This document shows, piece after piece, positions 38,436 through 52,274 of a stretch of DNA of 64,000 nucleotides. The notes beneath the pieces are model-generated. The model had not been told where the DNA came from, made no database searches, and was given only the letters and a program-made list of their open reading frames with translations. The DNA comes from Octopus sinensis. Taxonomy: Eukaryota. Location: assembly GCF_006345805.1 (NCBI RefSeq), contig NC_042998.1, positions 182,652,001 to 182,716,000 of the forward strand, written 5' to 3'. How positions within the stretch are numbered: position 1 is the stretch's first letter; each line of letters opens with the position of its first letter. A program made the translations under genes and the position numbers.

Positions 38436-40669
38436 AAAAACATGTCAGATGTAAGCTTCCACTAGAAATATTTTGAAATGACAAATTCCTGCAAAACGAA
38501 AATGTTGATTTTGTGCCTGAACACCTTTAATCTTTTAGCTATATGTCAATGATTAGGAGTCAGCATGCATTTCGCCACTTGTATGCCACGTCATGCCATA
38601 GGCAAAAATGGTTTTATCCCTCACTGAACAGATTCTTCAAGACATTTAGAAAATTGAGAAGTGCAACATTTCAGAAAGAAAGATGATCTAAAGTTGTATT
38701 TTCACCTTTTGTTTCTTTTATATGTTTGTCTTGTTGTTTTCAGAAAGACTAAATGAATGTTTAACTGAACATCTTAATTGATATGTTTGCAAAGTGTGTG
38801 TGTAGTTTGTGTGTGTGTGTGTGTATGTGTGTGTATGCATGCGTGCGTGCGTATGTGTGCATGTGTGTGCGTGCAAGTGTGTGTTTGGACATGTGGCTGA
38901 ATGGCAAGGAAAGAGGAGAGGAGTGGGAGGCTGGGGAGGAGGAGTGAGGAGGAGGGGTTAAGAGGGGATGAGGAGGAGGAAAATCAGTGAACAATGATAA
39001 TGCTATAGAAGTCATCAATTTATTTGATGACAAAAAAAAATGGTACACATCAGAGAGATTTCCATACATTATAATAATAAAAATGCTAGTATAGCTGCTA
39101 TTGTCTTCTTCGTCCACAGAATAGAGACATGAAGGTGTTTCACTTAGTTATCCTTTCGTTATCGACCACAAGGACCCAAGCATATAATACAAAATGTATC
39201 ATACAAGAGGGTCAGAAAAGGGTTACAACATATAAGTATATCATCCTCATCATCATCCTCATCCTCATCATCATTTAACACCTGTTTTCCATGCCAGCGT
39301 GGATTAGATGGTTTGACAGGAGCTGACCAGCTGAAGTGCTATTCAAGCTCCCTATCTGTTTTGGTATGGTTTCTATGGCTGAATGCCCTTCCTAATGCCA
39401 ACTGCCCTTTCTAACACCAACTCCCCTTCTAACACCAACTGCCAGGATATTTGAGTGTGTGTGTGTGTCTGTGCATGCGTGTGTGTGTGTGTGAGCTGTC
39501 ATTGCCTCTGTTGCTGTTAGTTGGCCATGTGTTTTGTTTTTCTTTTCCTCTTGTTAGCAGAATGCTTTTGTATAATCTTTACTACTCTATGTATAGCAGC
39601 TGAGCATTTTATGTTGCACCAATAGTATTATTGATCTCCTCTCTGGAGATCAATGATATATAGGCTATCAGCCTCCTCTGGCCCTGTTCCGGTGGCACGT
39701 AAAAAGCACCCACAACACTCACAGAGTGGTTGGCGTTAGGAAGGGCCTCCAGCTGTAGAAACACTGCCAAACCAGACTGGAGCCTAGTGCAGTCTTCATG
39801 GCCTACCAGACCCGGTCGAACCGTCCAACCCATGCTAGCATGGAAAACAGATGTTAAATGATGATGATGATGATGATGATGATGATAATGATGATGATGA
39901 TCTCTGGGAAATCCTTGTAGCCATCAAATATCATCAAAACTTAGAAGTTTGAGCAGATCACTGTCTAAAACATATTGTTGTGTGGGCACTTTTGCTTTCA
40001 ACTCTTGCTGTATAGTGGCCCTTGCACTTGGCCCTTGTGCTTTTCCTTCCATGTACTGTGAACAGGCATGTAGTACATGACCTTGACCTGCCTTCACACC
40101 TTATCCTTAACTTTAACTTTGAATAACAAGCACACTCTTCTGTATGTCCAGCCTTGGTTAAAAGAGCACATCCACTTCCACATATCATCCGGAACTCCCT
40201 CTGACTCAACTTTTGAGATTAAATGGAAAGAATCTCTGTATTTTTTCTTTTTTTTGTTTTTGTTTTTTTTTTGCAAAACAAAGTTACACAGCAAATGTTC
40301 TCGGAGAATAACCAAAGTGATTCTACAACTAAATGTGATGATTCATATTAAGATGAGTATTATAGCAAATCAGCCAAATATTACAGAAGTCTCCCAGCAG
40401 AAGTAACCTCAATTTGAATGGCTCAACATACATTTAAAAGAAATTTAGAAATTATCAAAACATAAAAATCTTGCAGGTAGAGATTATTAGAACTTAATGT
40501 TTGAAAACAGAAATTGGGTTCTAAATAAAAATGTCTTGGAAATATTTGAATTTTCATGCAGCACACATCCTTAAGTAACTTTTCTATTCTTTCTTTTAAG
40601 TCATCTGTGTTCATTTACGAACTATATCTCTATAGCTGTTCTAGAATCTATCAGTATAGTTAGACTATG

Positions 40670-40710
40670 CTTTGCTGATGAGGTCTCATAACACCAAAAC
40701 ATGTCCAGAG
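40670..40710 (+). ncRNA. Degenerate minimal type-I hammerhead-ribozyme-like motif
   Basis: Stem I CTTTG/CAGAG, intact CTGATGA, stem II GGTC/(C)ACC, AAAA in place of GAAA, palindromic ACATGT and a GUC cleavage triplet. Confidence 0.5.
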
Positions 40711-40866
40711 TTGTCAGTGTAGTGCTACTGATCAGTCTCAATTACTGCAGCATTCTTTATTTTAACCAATAAAAACGTTTAGTTTTCTCCCTTTACCATT
40801 TTTTTTACTAGAGTTAATTAGTCTACTTGCAGATTTTTACTTTTTGATAATTTCTAAATAGGCATA

Positions 40867-41260
40867 GGAGTGGCTGCGTGGTAAGTAGCTTGCTTACCAA
40901 CCACATGGTTCCGGGTTCAGTCCCACTGCATGGCACCTTGGGCAAGTGTTTTCTACTATAGCCTTGGGCCGACCAAAACCTTGTGAGTGGATTTGGTAGA
41001 CGGAAACTGAAAGAAGCCCGTCGTATATATGTATATATATATATAAGTGTGTATGTGTGTGTGTATATGTTTGTATGTCTGTGTTTGACCCCCAACATCG
41101 TTTGACAACCGATGGTGTGTTTATGTCCCCGTAACTTAGCGGTTCAGCAAAAGAGTCTGATAGAATAAGTACTAGGCTTACAAAGAATAAGTCTTGGGGT
41201 TGATTTGCTCGACTAAAGGCGGTGCTCCAGCATGGCCACAGTCAAATGACTGAAACAAGT
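40867..41260 (+). mobile_element. Family K tRNA-derived SINE, well preserved
   Basis: Head GGAGTGGCTGCGTGGTAAG...GGTTCAGTCCC, internal (TA/TG)n, tail ...ATGACTGAAACAAGT. Confidence 0.85.
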
Positions 41261-41399
41261 TAGAAAATAATTGTTTTCATTTTTAAAATTACAATTTTAA
41301 GTAATTAGAATTTCTTTGTTAATTACATCAAAAATTGGAGCTCTTACTTTCTATGACAATGAAAATAAATAATTAACCAAATCCAAGGATTTACATGCA

Positions 41400-42005
41400 T
41401 AATGTATACAACATCCACAAAATAGCACTTCAAAGCATTGTACAGATACATCGAAGAGGCCAGGGAACAGAAGAAAGAAGAAAGAAGACATGTACCCAAC
41501 ACCAGAGCTGAAGACACCTCCGAAAGGGGGCGCCCCACCACGTCAAAACGGTAGAGGAGTAGGGGCCGAAACCGGACGTGGTTCCTCCTGATGATGTCTT
41601 GAGCTAACTGGATCCTATAAAGGAGCTGTTGTGGTAGCAGACCACGAAACACGGTTGTAATTCCTCCTACAGTATTTTCAAACCAAAGTACAGAAAACCA
41701 AAAGTAAGGCAAAACACAGCGAAAATAAACATTAAATATAAGACAACTGAAATAACAATAACAATACAACTCACACTACGCAATCACCATCTTATACAAT
41801 AACAAATTACAAAGCACATATTCTACACAACAGGAGAATAACCAAATTCAACAAAACAAATCCTTATAACATAGCAAAAGCAGATGTAACAATATAAAAA
41901 AAACAATTCCACACTCCCAAAAGATAATGTTTCACATATTTCAGGAATATAGGAGGGGACACCTGTCGACGCAGTAGAAAGCTTGCACGAAACTGTTGTA
42001 AAATA
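41400..42005 (+). mobile_element. Probable Penelope-like element remnants
   Basis: CA-rich strand bias, two CTGA..GA/CGAAAC-type motifs (41588, 41962) and a KFNKTNPYNI segment; fold and protein evidence are weak. Confidence 0.3.
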
Positions 42006-42246
42006 TTAATGACGGATGATGATGAAAACAACAACAACAACAACAACGACATCAATAACAACAATAATAATAATGTTGATGAAGAAAATAACAGAGAATC
42101 CCTTTTTGCATAAATATGCTGCTGGTGCTGCCGCCGCCGCCGCCTCCACAACCGCAACCACTGCCACCACAGCCACCACCACCACCACCACCACCACCAT
42201 CACCATCACCATCACCACCACCACCACCACCACCACCACAAACACC

Positions 42247-42289
<43 letters not shown>

Positions 42290-42852
42290 GTATTTCAGCA
42301 ACATGATTTATTAATTTCCTAGGGATTTTTGATCAAATGCCAGATTGAAAGTCTGTCATTTCAATCTTAAATATTAGATTTTTCTATATTAGTTATCAAT
42401 ATTTTGTTATTTGATATTTTTATATATATATATGTATTTTTGTTATATTTTCATTGGTGGATTTAGAGAAGAGAAGAGAGTGTGAGGATGGCTGGGTCAA
42501 GAATCATATAAACATTATCTGAAATGTCAATAGGATGTTATTGTTTCAACGAACAAACCATGACATTAGGGACGGGGTTGGTGGTTATGAAGTGTTTGTG
42601 TTTATATGGATGTGTGTTTCGGAGTCAAAAGGTGCGTGGCATGGTCAAGTTGTTAAGAAGTATAATTTGCGGTCATGAAATCTCAGGTTCAATCCAACAG
42701 CATGGCATCTGGAGCAACTGTCCTTTACCACTCTTGTGTCAACTAAGCCTTGTGAGTGAAATTGGGTTGATGGCAACTGTGTAGAAGCTCGTTGGATGGG
42801 TGGTATTAGTAATACAAAGAGCCAGCCATGTCTATATCAATATGCATGTTTA

Positions 42853-43277
42853 GGATCTTTTTGGTTTGAACGGCAGTTTTTAACATAATTTCTAGGTAAT
42901 TAAAAAATTTTAAACTTCGTATATAGGTAGAATGTGTTTATAAAACATCTTTTTCTTTTGGCTTTATTGAGAAAATTCTATAGTTTGTAAGATACTTGTT
43001 GTTTTTTTCTTTTCTGCAATTTCAACCAATCACAGACGTCTATTGAGGTAAAAAACATTCTGTGCTGTATGAATATGTCCCTCGTTTAAGAAACAGATTG
43101 GGTTTATTTACATTTGTGAAGAAAAAAAGATACCCTTCCCCCTCACCCCTAAACCTAACCCTAACTCTAACCCTAAAACAGATTGAAATGCAATAGATTG
43201 ATACTAGGGTTATAATTATGAGTGACAATTTCATATGACACCGCTAGAAAAAACTGCCGTTCAAACCGAAAAGATCC
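42853..43277. mobile_element. Merlin-like MITE, copy 1
   Basis: About 28-bp TIR GGATCTTTT(T/C)GGTTTGAACGGCAGTTTT; perfect 8-bp TSD CATGTTTA (42845-42852, 43278-43285); GG termini; internal (CCCTAA)-like run. Confidence 0.8.
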
Positions 43278-43304
43278 CATGTTTATACTACATATATATA
43301 CATA

Positions 43305-43793
43305 CCGTAAATCCTCGAGTATAATCCGCATTTTTTCCCCAAAGTTTAAAGGTCAAAATCCCTAGTGCGTACTATATACGAAGTTAAAAATGAAAATTTA
43401 TCTCTAAGCAATGTCCGAGTCTCTATTTACTGTCCGGCAATGTTTATTCAGACGCATTTTGTGATATCGGGCACGAAAATACCTTAAATCATCCATAACT
43501 TGCACTAAGCAACATTTATTAAATGTTATTACTGTTATTGCTGTTATTTCTTTATTTTCTGCAAACAAAGTGCACAAAAAAGCTACACATTTGCATTATG
43601 TTATATGTACAATAATAATAAAGGACATTACTGTATACATTTTTACAAACCAAGGACGGTGTATAGACCTCCTTGACTCAAGTTAGAGAAGGGGTGCGTA
43701 TCATACACAAGGTTTAGGTTTTTCAGAGGTACAGCTCCCTAAAAATCCCCTGCGTATTATACTCAAGGGCGGACTATACTCAAGGATTTATGG
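43305..43793. mobile_element. Tc1/mariner (Tc2/pogo-like) MITE
   Basis: TIR CCGTAAATCCTCGAGTATAATCCGC / GCGGACTATACTCAAGGATTTATGG with a TA TSD. Confidence 0.8.
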
Positions 43794-44119
43794 TATATAC
43801 ATGTGTCTTTGTGTATGCATATGTTTGTATGTGTGCATGTGCATAGATCTTTATAAATTACTGAAGTCCATTGTTCTATTCAGAGCGGTGTATAACTGGC
43901 CACATGGGAGTGGGTAAAAATACACCTACACAATATAAAATCTGGCTCTGTGTCTTATTTGCTGTGAATGCGCGAGTGGAATCATTAGGATTGCAAAAAA
44001 TCAAACTAAGACTTACCTCTCACTGTTCTATGCGAATAACGCTTTCATAGCAAACAAGACAAGTTATTTTGATTGACAAAACTGAGATGTAAACAACAGC
44101 CGCTTTGAATCCAGCTCAA

Positions 44120-44524
44120 GTATCTTTTCGGTTTGAACGGCAGTTTTTCTAGCGGTGTCGTATGAAATTGTCACCAATAATTATGACCCTAGTATCGATT
44201 TCAATCTGCTTTAGGGTTAAGGTTAGGGGTGGGGGAAGGGTATCTTTTTTTCTTGAGAAATGTAAATAAACCCAATCTGTTTCTTAAATGAGGGACATAT
44301 TCATATGGCACAGAATATTTTCACCTCAATAGACATCATTGATTGGTTGAAATTGCAGAAATTGAAGGAAAAAACAACAAATATCTTACAAACTATAGAA
44401 TTTTCTCAATAAAGCCAAGAGAAAAAGATGTTTTATAAACATATTATACCAGTATACAAAGTTTAAAAGTGTTTAGTTACATGGAAATTATTTTTAAAAA
44501 CTGCCGTTCAAACCGAAAAGATCC
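44120..44524. mobile_element. Merlin-like MITE, copy 2, inverted relative to copy 1
   Basis: Same TIRs; near-perfect 8-bp TSD CAGCTCAA/CTGCTCAA; internal sequence is the reverse complement of 42853-43277. Confidence 0.8.
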
Positions 44525-44599
44525 CTGCTCAAGACTGACACACTTCAATAACCATTAAATAATCACACAACACACTATATACCGAAACACACTTATTCC

Positions 44600-45210
44600 A
44601 TTTTATTTTTGCTATTAACCGTCTTCGCAACTTCCTTCGTATCTCCGATGGGGCCACAAACTATATGACGAAAATCTCAAGTTACTCGTGGTCAGTGAAT
44701 TTTTAATAAAAATGGGAAGGTGGTTTATCAGTTCAGAAATCGATATCCATGAAATAATCATACTTTCTGATTTTTTTAATGCTAGAAAGATTCCTGATGA
44801 CCGTCTTTATAATCCCATGAAATATTGTAACCATTAGTCCAGGCATTTGGCCGTGAAGAGGGAACAGACAAAGAGATGGACAGACAGACGGACATAATGC
44901 CCATTATAGTAAGATAGCAAATCTGCCCGTCTATGATGGGAAATAAAGGGATAGTATCGCAAATTTAAACCCTCTAAATTCTCGAACTATACAGGGGTGG
45001 GGGGAATCCAGAGTTAATCCTCATGACCGGAATTTTAACACACACCAAAAAAAAAATCGAAGGTGATTTATTAATACAAAACTCAATATCCACTAAATAA
45101 TCATACTTTTTCATATTTTTTTCACTAAAAAACCTTTCTGATTACCTCCTACGTAATTCATAGTAAGATTTATAACCAGGTTTATGTGTCATAAAAATAG
45201 TCTCAAGTTA
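44600..45210 (+). mobile_element. Possible DINE-1/HINE-like (Helentron-associated) tandem remnants
   Basis: Subterminal GACAGACAGACGGACATAATGCCCATTATAGTAAGAT; two diverged internal blocks beginning AATAATCATACTTT. Confidence 0.35.
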
Positions 45211-45939
45211 TCTGCATGACCCTGTATATTTGCACATGATCAAATATATCATGTGCAAATGATATATGTTTGTATGTGCATGCTTATATATGTATTCATG
45301 TATATGCATCTTTGTGTGTGCATTTTTATGTATGTGTGCATGCAAGTACATAAATGAGTATATGTTTGCATGCACATGTGTATGTGTTCATGTGTGTATA
45401 GGTGTATCTCTGTGTATGGTGCTTGCATATGCATATGTGTAATGGTACATAACCATGTTTGAGAAAATGGACAGTTAGCAAATAATTAATGAAAGAAAAT
45501 GTTCCAAAAATCTCAAATAAGCAACTTTGAAGACAATAATTGCAGTAACAACAGCAATGGCAGCAGTAACTCTAACACAAATTCAAATGCTGTGTTCCTT
45601 TCACACAGTAATTGTGGCTTTATGTTGAATCTTGTTTTTTCAGGAGAGGGAATTTCTATTTTTTTTTTTGTTCTTCTTCATGTTTTCACAAACATGAAGG
45701 AGTATTATTTCTTCAAAATTGCATGATTGTGGTGTGATAATACTGGATGACAATGTTAGAGATAAGATATTTGTTAATTTTATTCTGACGCTATATATAA
45801 AGATATTTCAATTCCCATCCCCACAGTTTTGGCTCTAGAAACTGGTATTTGTTGTTCTTTTTGCTGTCATAGTTGACCTTCATTATTTTCATTTTTTTCT
45901 CATTTTATTTATTTTTTATATTTTTGCTTAGTTTTTCCA

Positions 45940-46830
45940 AATTCTGAGGTGAGTTTTACTACAACAAATGTAGCGAGTAGATTTTCTAGGTGTATATAGG
46001 GACTTCACTATCCTTTCCATGACCTATTTCTCTAATTGGGTATGAGTGCAACCAAATGCACCACTGGACATTTTTTGAGATGTTTGGTATTGAAAAACTC
46101 CAACAACTTTGTAGTACACTCTTAAGTTTGCTGCAATAACAGTTATATTCTTATTAGTTATTTTTCATTTACATGCTGCATATATTCTGCTCTGTATCTT
46201 TAATTTTAGGACATTTGTTCTGGTGCCTTCAACTGGACACTGTAGGACTCTGTAGCCTTCAAGGGTCATTTGGATTGCAAATCTATTTGGATACTCTGAC
46301 CATATGTCATCACCTTTCATTAGCCCTGCTTTGACCATTCATCTATGTAGCAATACAAAAGTAGTAATAGCTAGACATAAGGTTACACAATTTTGTATGT
46401 TTTTTTATCACTCTTGTATTTCTTTGGCCCATGTACATGGGCACAAATGTATAGGTAGAGGTATGTCTAGCAATTTCAACCTGTGTTTATATTAAAACTT
46501 CAATTTTGAATATACAGCAGATATTGCTATAAATATTGCCTTTCTTTTTCTGCTTCAGAAGATTTTTGCTAATATATCCTGAAGAGATTTTTTGTACAAC
46601 TCAACATGATGGTAAATTTTATTCATTTCTATCCATTCAAAAGCAGAATTATAAAATTTTTCTTTTGTCCTCTCTTTGATTAGCTCTTGTAATAAAGAAA
46701 TATTGTTCGGTTTTTCAAAATACACCCAATTATATTTTTCCTTTTGCAAATGTGGTAGGTGTAAGCATTCTGCTTGTTTGATTTGTGTTAAGAGAAGGTT
46801 TGCTCTGATATGACTTCTACATAAATGGAT
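45940..46830 (-). mobile_element. Possible very decayed RLE-type non-LTR element (NeSL/Hero-like C-terminus)
   Basis: Broken frames DDIWSE, YPI-EIGHG and ...LRIWKN* followed by an A-rich tract. Confidence 0.25.
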
Positions 46831-47584
46831 TATACTGTTTGACTTTGTGTAAGAGTAGCAACCACTATTGTTGTTACTACTATCACTATCTTCAAAACTA
46901 CGAGTTTGATTTTTTTATATGTATTATCTGTTTACTAATGTGTCCATTTTCTGTCTTTTTTTGTACATTTAATTGTGTTTTGATTTTGAGCTGCATTTTA
47001 TTTATTTTGCTATTGTGGTATAAGTTATATAGTGCACATATATATAGCAACCATTTTGAATGTGAAAATAGAAAATGTGTAAATATTATTTTTAAAATTT
47101 GTTAAACAAGCCCACATTTTTTTTAGTCTAGCTCAGCTATCAAAGGCAAGCTTTTCTTAGGTAATTTTAAATTCTTTCTACAAGTATTCTAAAGAAAATT
47201 TAATATGGTAAAGCTTGAAAGAAAACCTTACTCAAAATGAGAAAGAAAATGATGTCTTCTCACAATACAAGCAAAATATGACAATAATCCTTTCTTTTAT
47301 TGGCATCAGGTCTGAAATTTTGGTGGAGGGAATAGTCAGTTACAACAATACCAATACACAACTGCTCAACTGGTGCTTATTTCCTTGATCATGAAAGGAT
47401 GAAAGACAAAGTCACTTTCAGCAGAATTTGAACTAAGGATGAGAAGCCAAAAGAAATGCTACTATGCATTTTGTCTAACACAATAATGATTCTTTCAGTT
47501 TGTTGTCTCAATAATAATAATAATAATAATAATAATAATCATAATAATAATAATAATAATAATAATGATAATAATAATAATAAT

Positions 47585-48108
47585 AATAACAGAAAAAAGA
47601 CAACAGAAAAAAGATGGTATAGGCACACACCAGAAAAGGTCACAGAAAACGAGAAAGCAACCATACTCTGGGATATGCCAATACACACAGATAGAGAAAT
47701 TAAGGCCAACAGGCCAGATATAGTTGTCAGAGATCATGAAGAAAAAAAATGCTTTCTAATTGATGTATCAATACCAGCAGATGACAAAGTGTCTCTGAAA
47801 GAAATGGAGAAACTTTCAAAATACAAAGACCTGGAAAAAGAGGTAACTCGAATGTGGAATCTAAAAACAGAAACAATTCCTATCATTGTGGGTGCATTAG
47901 GTATGATAAAAAAATATTCAGACAAATACATAACAAAAACACCAGGACTTACAAATATATATAGCGTACAGAAAATTGCACTACTATGCAAAACACTTTC
48001 AATACAGTAACCATCAGAGCATCACAACAAATCACAGCACATACCCAAGGCACACAGAGCTGCACTCGGTAGTGAAGTGAAAGCACGATATAAAAATAAA
48101 ACTACTGA
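47585..48108 (+). mobile_element. 5'-truncated copy of the family A R4/Dong LINE inside (AAT)n
   Basis: Near-identical to the reverse complement of 727-1257 (EKRWYRHTPEKV...RPDIVVRD...KYKDLE); (AAT)n on both sides (47510-47588, 48109-48160). Confidence 0.95.
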
Positions 48109-48125
48109 ATAATAATAATAATAAC

Positions 48126-48156
<31 letters not shown>

Positions 48157-48459
48157 GTAATGATAGGTTCCACTTCATATTTCAGGGTTAAATGAATGGG
48201 AGCATGACAGTTTCTCCTGATATAACTTTTGTATCTATGATGCAAGCAGATGAAAATGGATGTAAAACAAGAAAGAAAAGAACATGCTTTTAAATGCATG
48301 TGCATTCATGCATGGATGCACATAAACAAAGATACATCTATTTATGAGTATATGAACAAATACTTATGTGCAATTGTTCCTGAGTATGTTTGTGTGTGAA
48401 CATATATGCATATATTATTGTATATGTAGATGACAGTGCATGTATTTATGCATGCATAT

Positions 48460-48815
48460 ATATGTATGTATGTATGTATGCATGTATGTATGTATGTATG
48501 TATGTATGTATGTATGTATGTATGTATGTATGTATGTATGCATGCATGCATGTATGTATGTATTTATGCATGTATGTATGTATGTATGTGTGTATGTATG
48601 TATGTATGCATGTATGTATGTGTGTATGTATGTATGTATGTATGTATGTATGTATGTATGTATGTATGTATGATGTATGTATGTATTTATGCATGTATGT
48701 ATGTATGTATGTGTGTATGTATGTATGTATGCATGTATGTATGTGTGTATGTATGTATGTATGTATGTATGTATGTATGTATGTATGTATGTATGTATGT
48801 ATGTATGTATGTGTG
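48460..48815. repeat. (ATGT)n array with a ~123-bp higher-order duplication
   Basis: Variant TATTTATGC recurs at 48561 and 48684. Confidence 0.85.
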
Positions 48816-49267
48816 TGTGTATATATATATATATATATGTGTATATATCAGGGACATGCTGCTTGGGTAGGCAAGTTAGGTAGTACCTACCCTGTATAAA
48901 ATAGATCAATAGTTAATATTTTCCTTTTATGTCAAAATATGCATTTAATTCAATAAAATTATGAAGGTTACTCTGATGACTATGCATAAAATACAAAATA
49001 TTTTATTTTTTTGTGGATTAGGTAGGCAAAATTTGCCCCTGCCTTTCAATCTCAGTATTAAAGCTACGCATAGAGCTGCTGTACTACATGTGGTGCGTAC
49101 ATTCCTACAACAATGTTTTCTTTAAGCATTATAAAGGCAGAAGTAAATCTGCCTACAACTCAGTCGTGTGCCTGTGTTTCACTTATTTTTTTGTGTTTTA
49201 CAACAGAAATGTCACCAACTGCCTACCTTGAGTAATTACTGACGGCCTGATATATATATATATATAT

Positions 49268-49631
<364 letters not shown>

Positions 49632-49808
49632 ATAATAATAATTTGAGGGAATATTATTCCAAACTTACAGGGAAAAATTCAATTTAGAAATACTAAATCA
49701 AATTTCACAAAATATAATATATATATAAATTAGAAAAAAACCACCTTTTATCAATTCAAAATGAAAAATTAAATCACACCATCTAGAAAATTACACTCAC
49801 ACACACAT

Positions 49809-49840
<32 letters not shown>

Positions 49841-50046
49841 GTATGGTGGCACTGCCCACTTGAAAATATCAGGCGTTTAGATAAGATTATGATCCGTGCA
49901 TTGAAGGGACGGAGTGGTTGGCATTAGGAAGGGCATCCAGCCGTAGAAACATTGCCAGATCAGACTGGGCCTGGTGCAGCCTTCTGGCTTCCCAGACCCC
50001 AGTTGAACCGTCCAACCCATGCTAGCATGGAAAGCGGAAGCTAAAC

Positions 50047-50082
<36 letters not shown>

Positions 50083-51300
50083 ATATATTACAGATTAAAA
50101 GAGAAGTAAAACTGGCAGAGGTGAAGGAGGAGAAATAAAAAAAGTGGTTGACTCAGTAATTGTGAGAAGAGAGAGACAAGAACTGCAATAAAAAATATAA
50201 AAAATAAATGAAATATAAAGAAGTGTATTATTGAACACAAAGGCAAATGTTTAATATATTATCTTATTGTTATACATGCCCTTGTCTGACCCCGCCCCTC
50301 CTGCAGTCTATTAACCCATACACACCCTGTGACTGTGCCTGTAATAGAATATTTTTGTTGATCTAATTGATATGTTGATGGTAATGGAAGATCTGGGATT
50401 TACAAGGTTCATCAATTAGTCATATGTATATATAATATAATACATATGTATGTAAGTGTGTGCAAGTGTTTATATTATATACATATACATATGTGAGTGT
50501 GCTTGATGTGTATACACGCATCATACACACTTACATGCTTATATGTATACACATATACAAACATACACTTGTATATTATATATATATAATATATATATAT
50601 AATTTATAAACAAGGGCAAAAGTATATATATATATATGTGTATAAATGTATGTATGCATATGCACAATCACATACACATATCAGTATGTGAATATACAGA
50701 TACACACACGTGTGTGTGTGTGTGTGTGTCTGTAATATATGACCATGTATTATTCATACCCGTTTGACAAGAGGCCAACAAATTTAAGCAATGTTTCTAT
50801 AAAGTCTGAGTGCTCAACTCTAATGGCATTGGCCAGATGGTCCTCCTTAAAGTTCAAACACCCTCTACACCCCTTCCCTCCCCCCATCATCATCATCATT
50901 ATTATCATCGTTATCATCATCATCATCGTCGTCATCATCATCACCACCACCCCTATTGGCACAATCATTACCACCATTGCCATCATTGAAGTACGACCAT
51001 GTTGGAATCCCTCCATCAAGGGTATAGTTGAATGCATCAAGCTCAAGAATATCTTTCATGAACTGGCCCCATATTTATTGACCTCAGGAAGACGAAGCAT
51101 TAACTAGACCTGGGTTGCATATAAGGGGCTATTTTCAAATACCACAGACATTTTATATGACACTTTCCCATTCTCTCTGTTGTACAACTACTACTACTAC
51201 TACTACTAATACTACCAAATACACCACCACCACCATCCCCAATTATCATAGAAAAATTGATCTTCGCACTAAAGTGTATCTTTCCAAGAGAAACAAGTAC

Positions 51301-51745
51301 AGCAGTGAGCTGGCAGAAACATTAGCACGCTGGGCAAAATATTTAGTGGTATTTCATCTGCTGATAGGTTCTGAGTTCAAATTCCGCCGAGGTTGACTTT
51401 GCCTTTCATCCTTTCGAGGTCGATTAAATAATCAACACTCCATTTATCTGTCCTTGTTTGTCCTCTCTTGTGAGCAGTAAAGAAATAAGAAACAAGTACA
51501 GTTTCTTCAGAGCCTGTCACTGCACAATCACCATTGTCCCTAAATGAACATTCTACCACCGAGGTCAACTTTGCCTGTCATCCTTTTGGGGTCGATTAAA
51601 TAATCGACTTAATCCGTTTGTCTGTCCTTGTTTGTCCCCTTTGTGTGTAGCCCCTTGTGGGCAGTAAAGAAATAAGAAACAAATACAGCTTCTTCAGAGC
51701 CTGTCACTGCACAATCACCATTGTCCCATTATGAACATTCTAAAT
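51301..51745 (+). repeat. Family M SINE plus local duplication of its 3' half and ~70 bp of flank
   Basis: AGAAACAAGTACAG flanks the first copy (TSD-like); 51385-51555 is repeated at 51560-51742. Confidence 0.75.
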
Positions 51746-52274
51746 CTTTTGAATCAGTACCAATTAAGTCTGTAACCTTTTCAAAATAGTCCAATCTTGC
51801 AGAAGAAAACACTTTAAGGACCTTTGGGATTTGAAGAATGGCTGGCATCTTTTATAGCTACGGCAAGCCTTTTTATAAGACATTATCATATATCCATTAC
51901 ATAGAACATTGGCAACAAAGAGTTAACAACAGGTTGTTCATAGATGTCTTTGTTTAAAAACTGACAAAAGGTTTGCTTATACTACAGCTTGATACATTAA
52001 GAAATCTGAGTATTATATCACTACTGAACAAGCATTATTATTACATTACTTCGTTAAATAAACAAATGTTATTTTTACAATAAAGTACTTTTATTTTCCC
52101 ATCTCAAAAATACTGAAGTTTAATTTAAACCTAAATAAGCAACTACAAAGCACCTCAAAAGGAAGCAATAACAAGCAGCCAATGTTTAGGTAACCTGTAT
52201 GTGTACAACATTGTATCCAGTGAATAAGATTATGTGCATAGGAAAAAAATAGCAAAAAACATGCACTAAACATA

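Noticed and set aside
41588-41665. CTGATGA...CGAAAC...GTA hammerhead-like motif (and a similar one at 41962-41998)
   Set aside because: No stem I complementarity and poor stem II; not supportable as ribozymes.
41344-41769. 141-aa minus-strand ORF
   Set aside because: Hydrophobic low-information translation of the GT-rich antisense strand of a repeat remnant.
43135-43180. (CCCTAA)-like telomeric repeats (also inverted at ~44210-44235)
   Set aside because: Short, imperfect and internal to the Merlin-like MITE; not an interstitial telomere.
48849-49250. Possible hAT-like MITE with CAGG.. termini
   Set aside because: Terminal similarity is loose (GTAGGCA core only) and no TSD was found.
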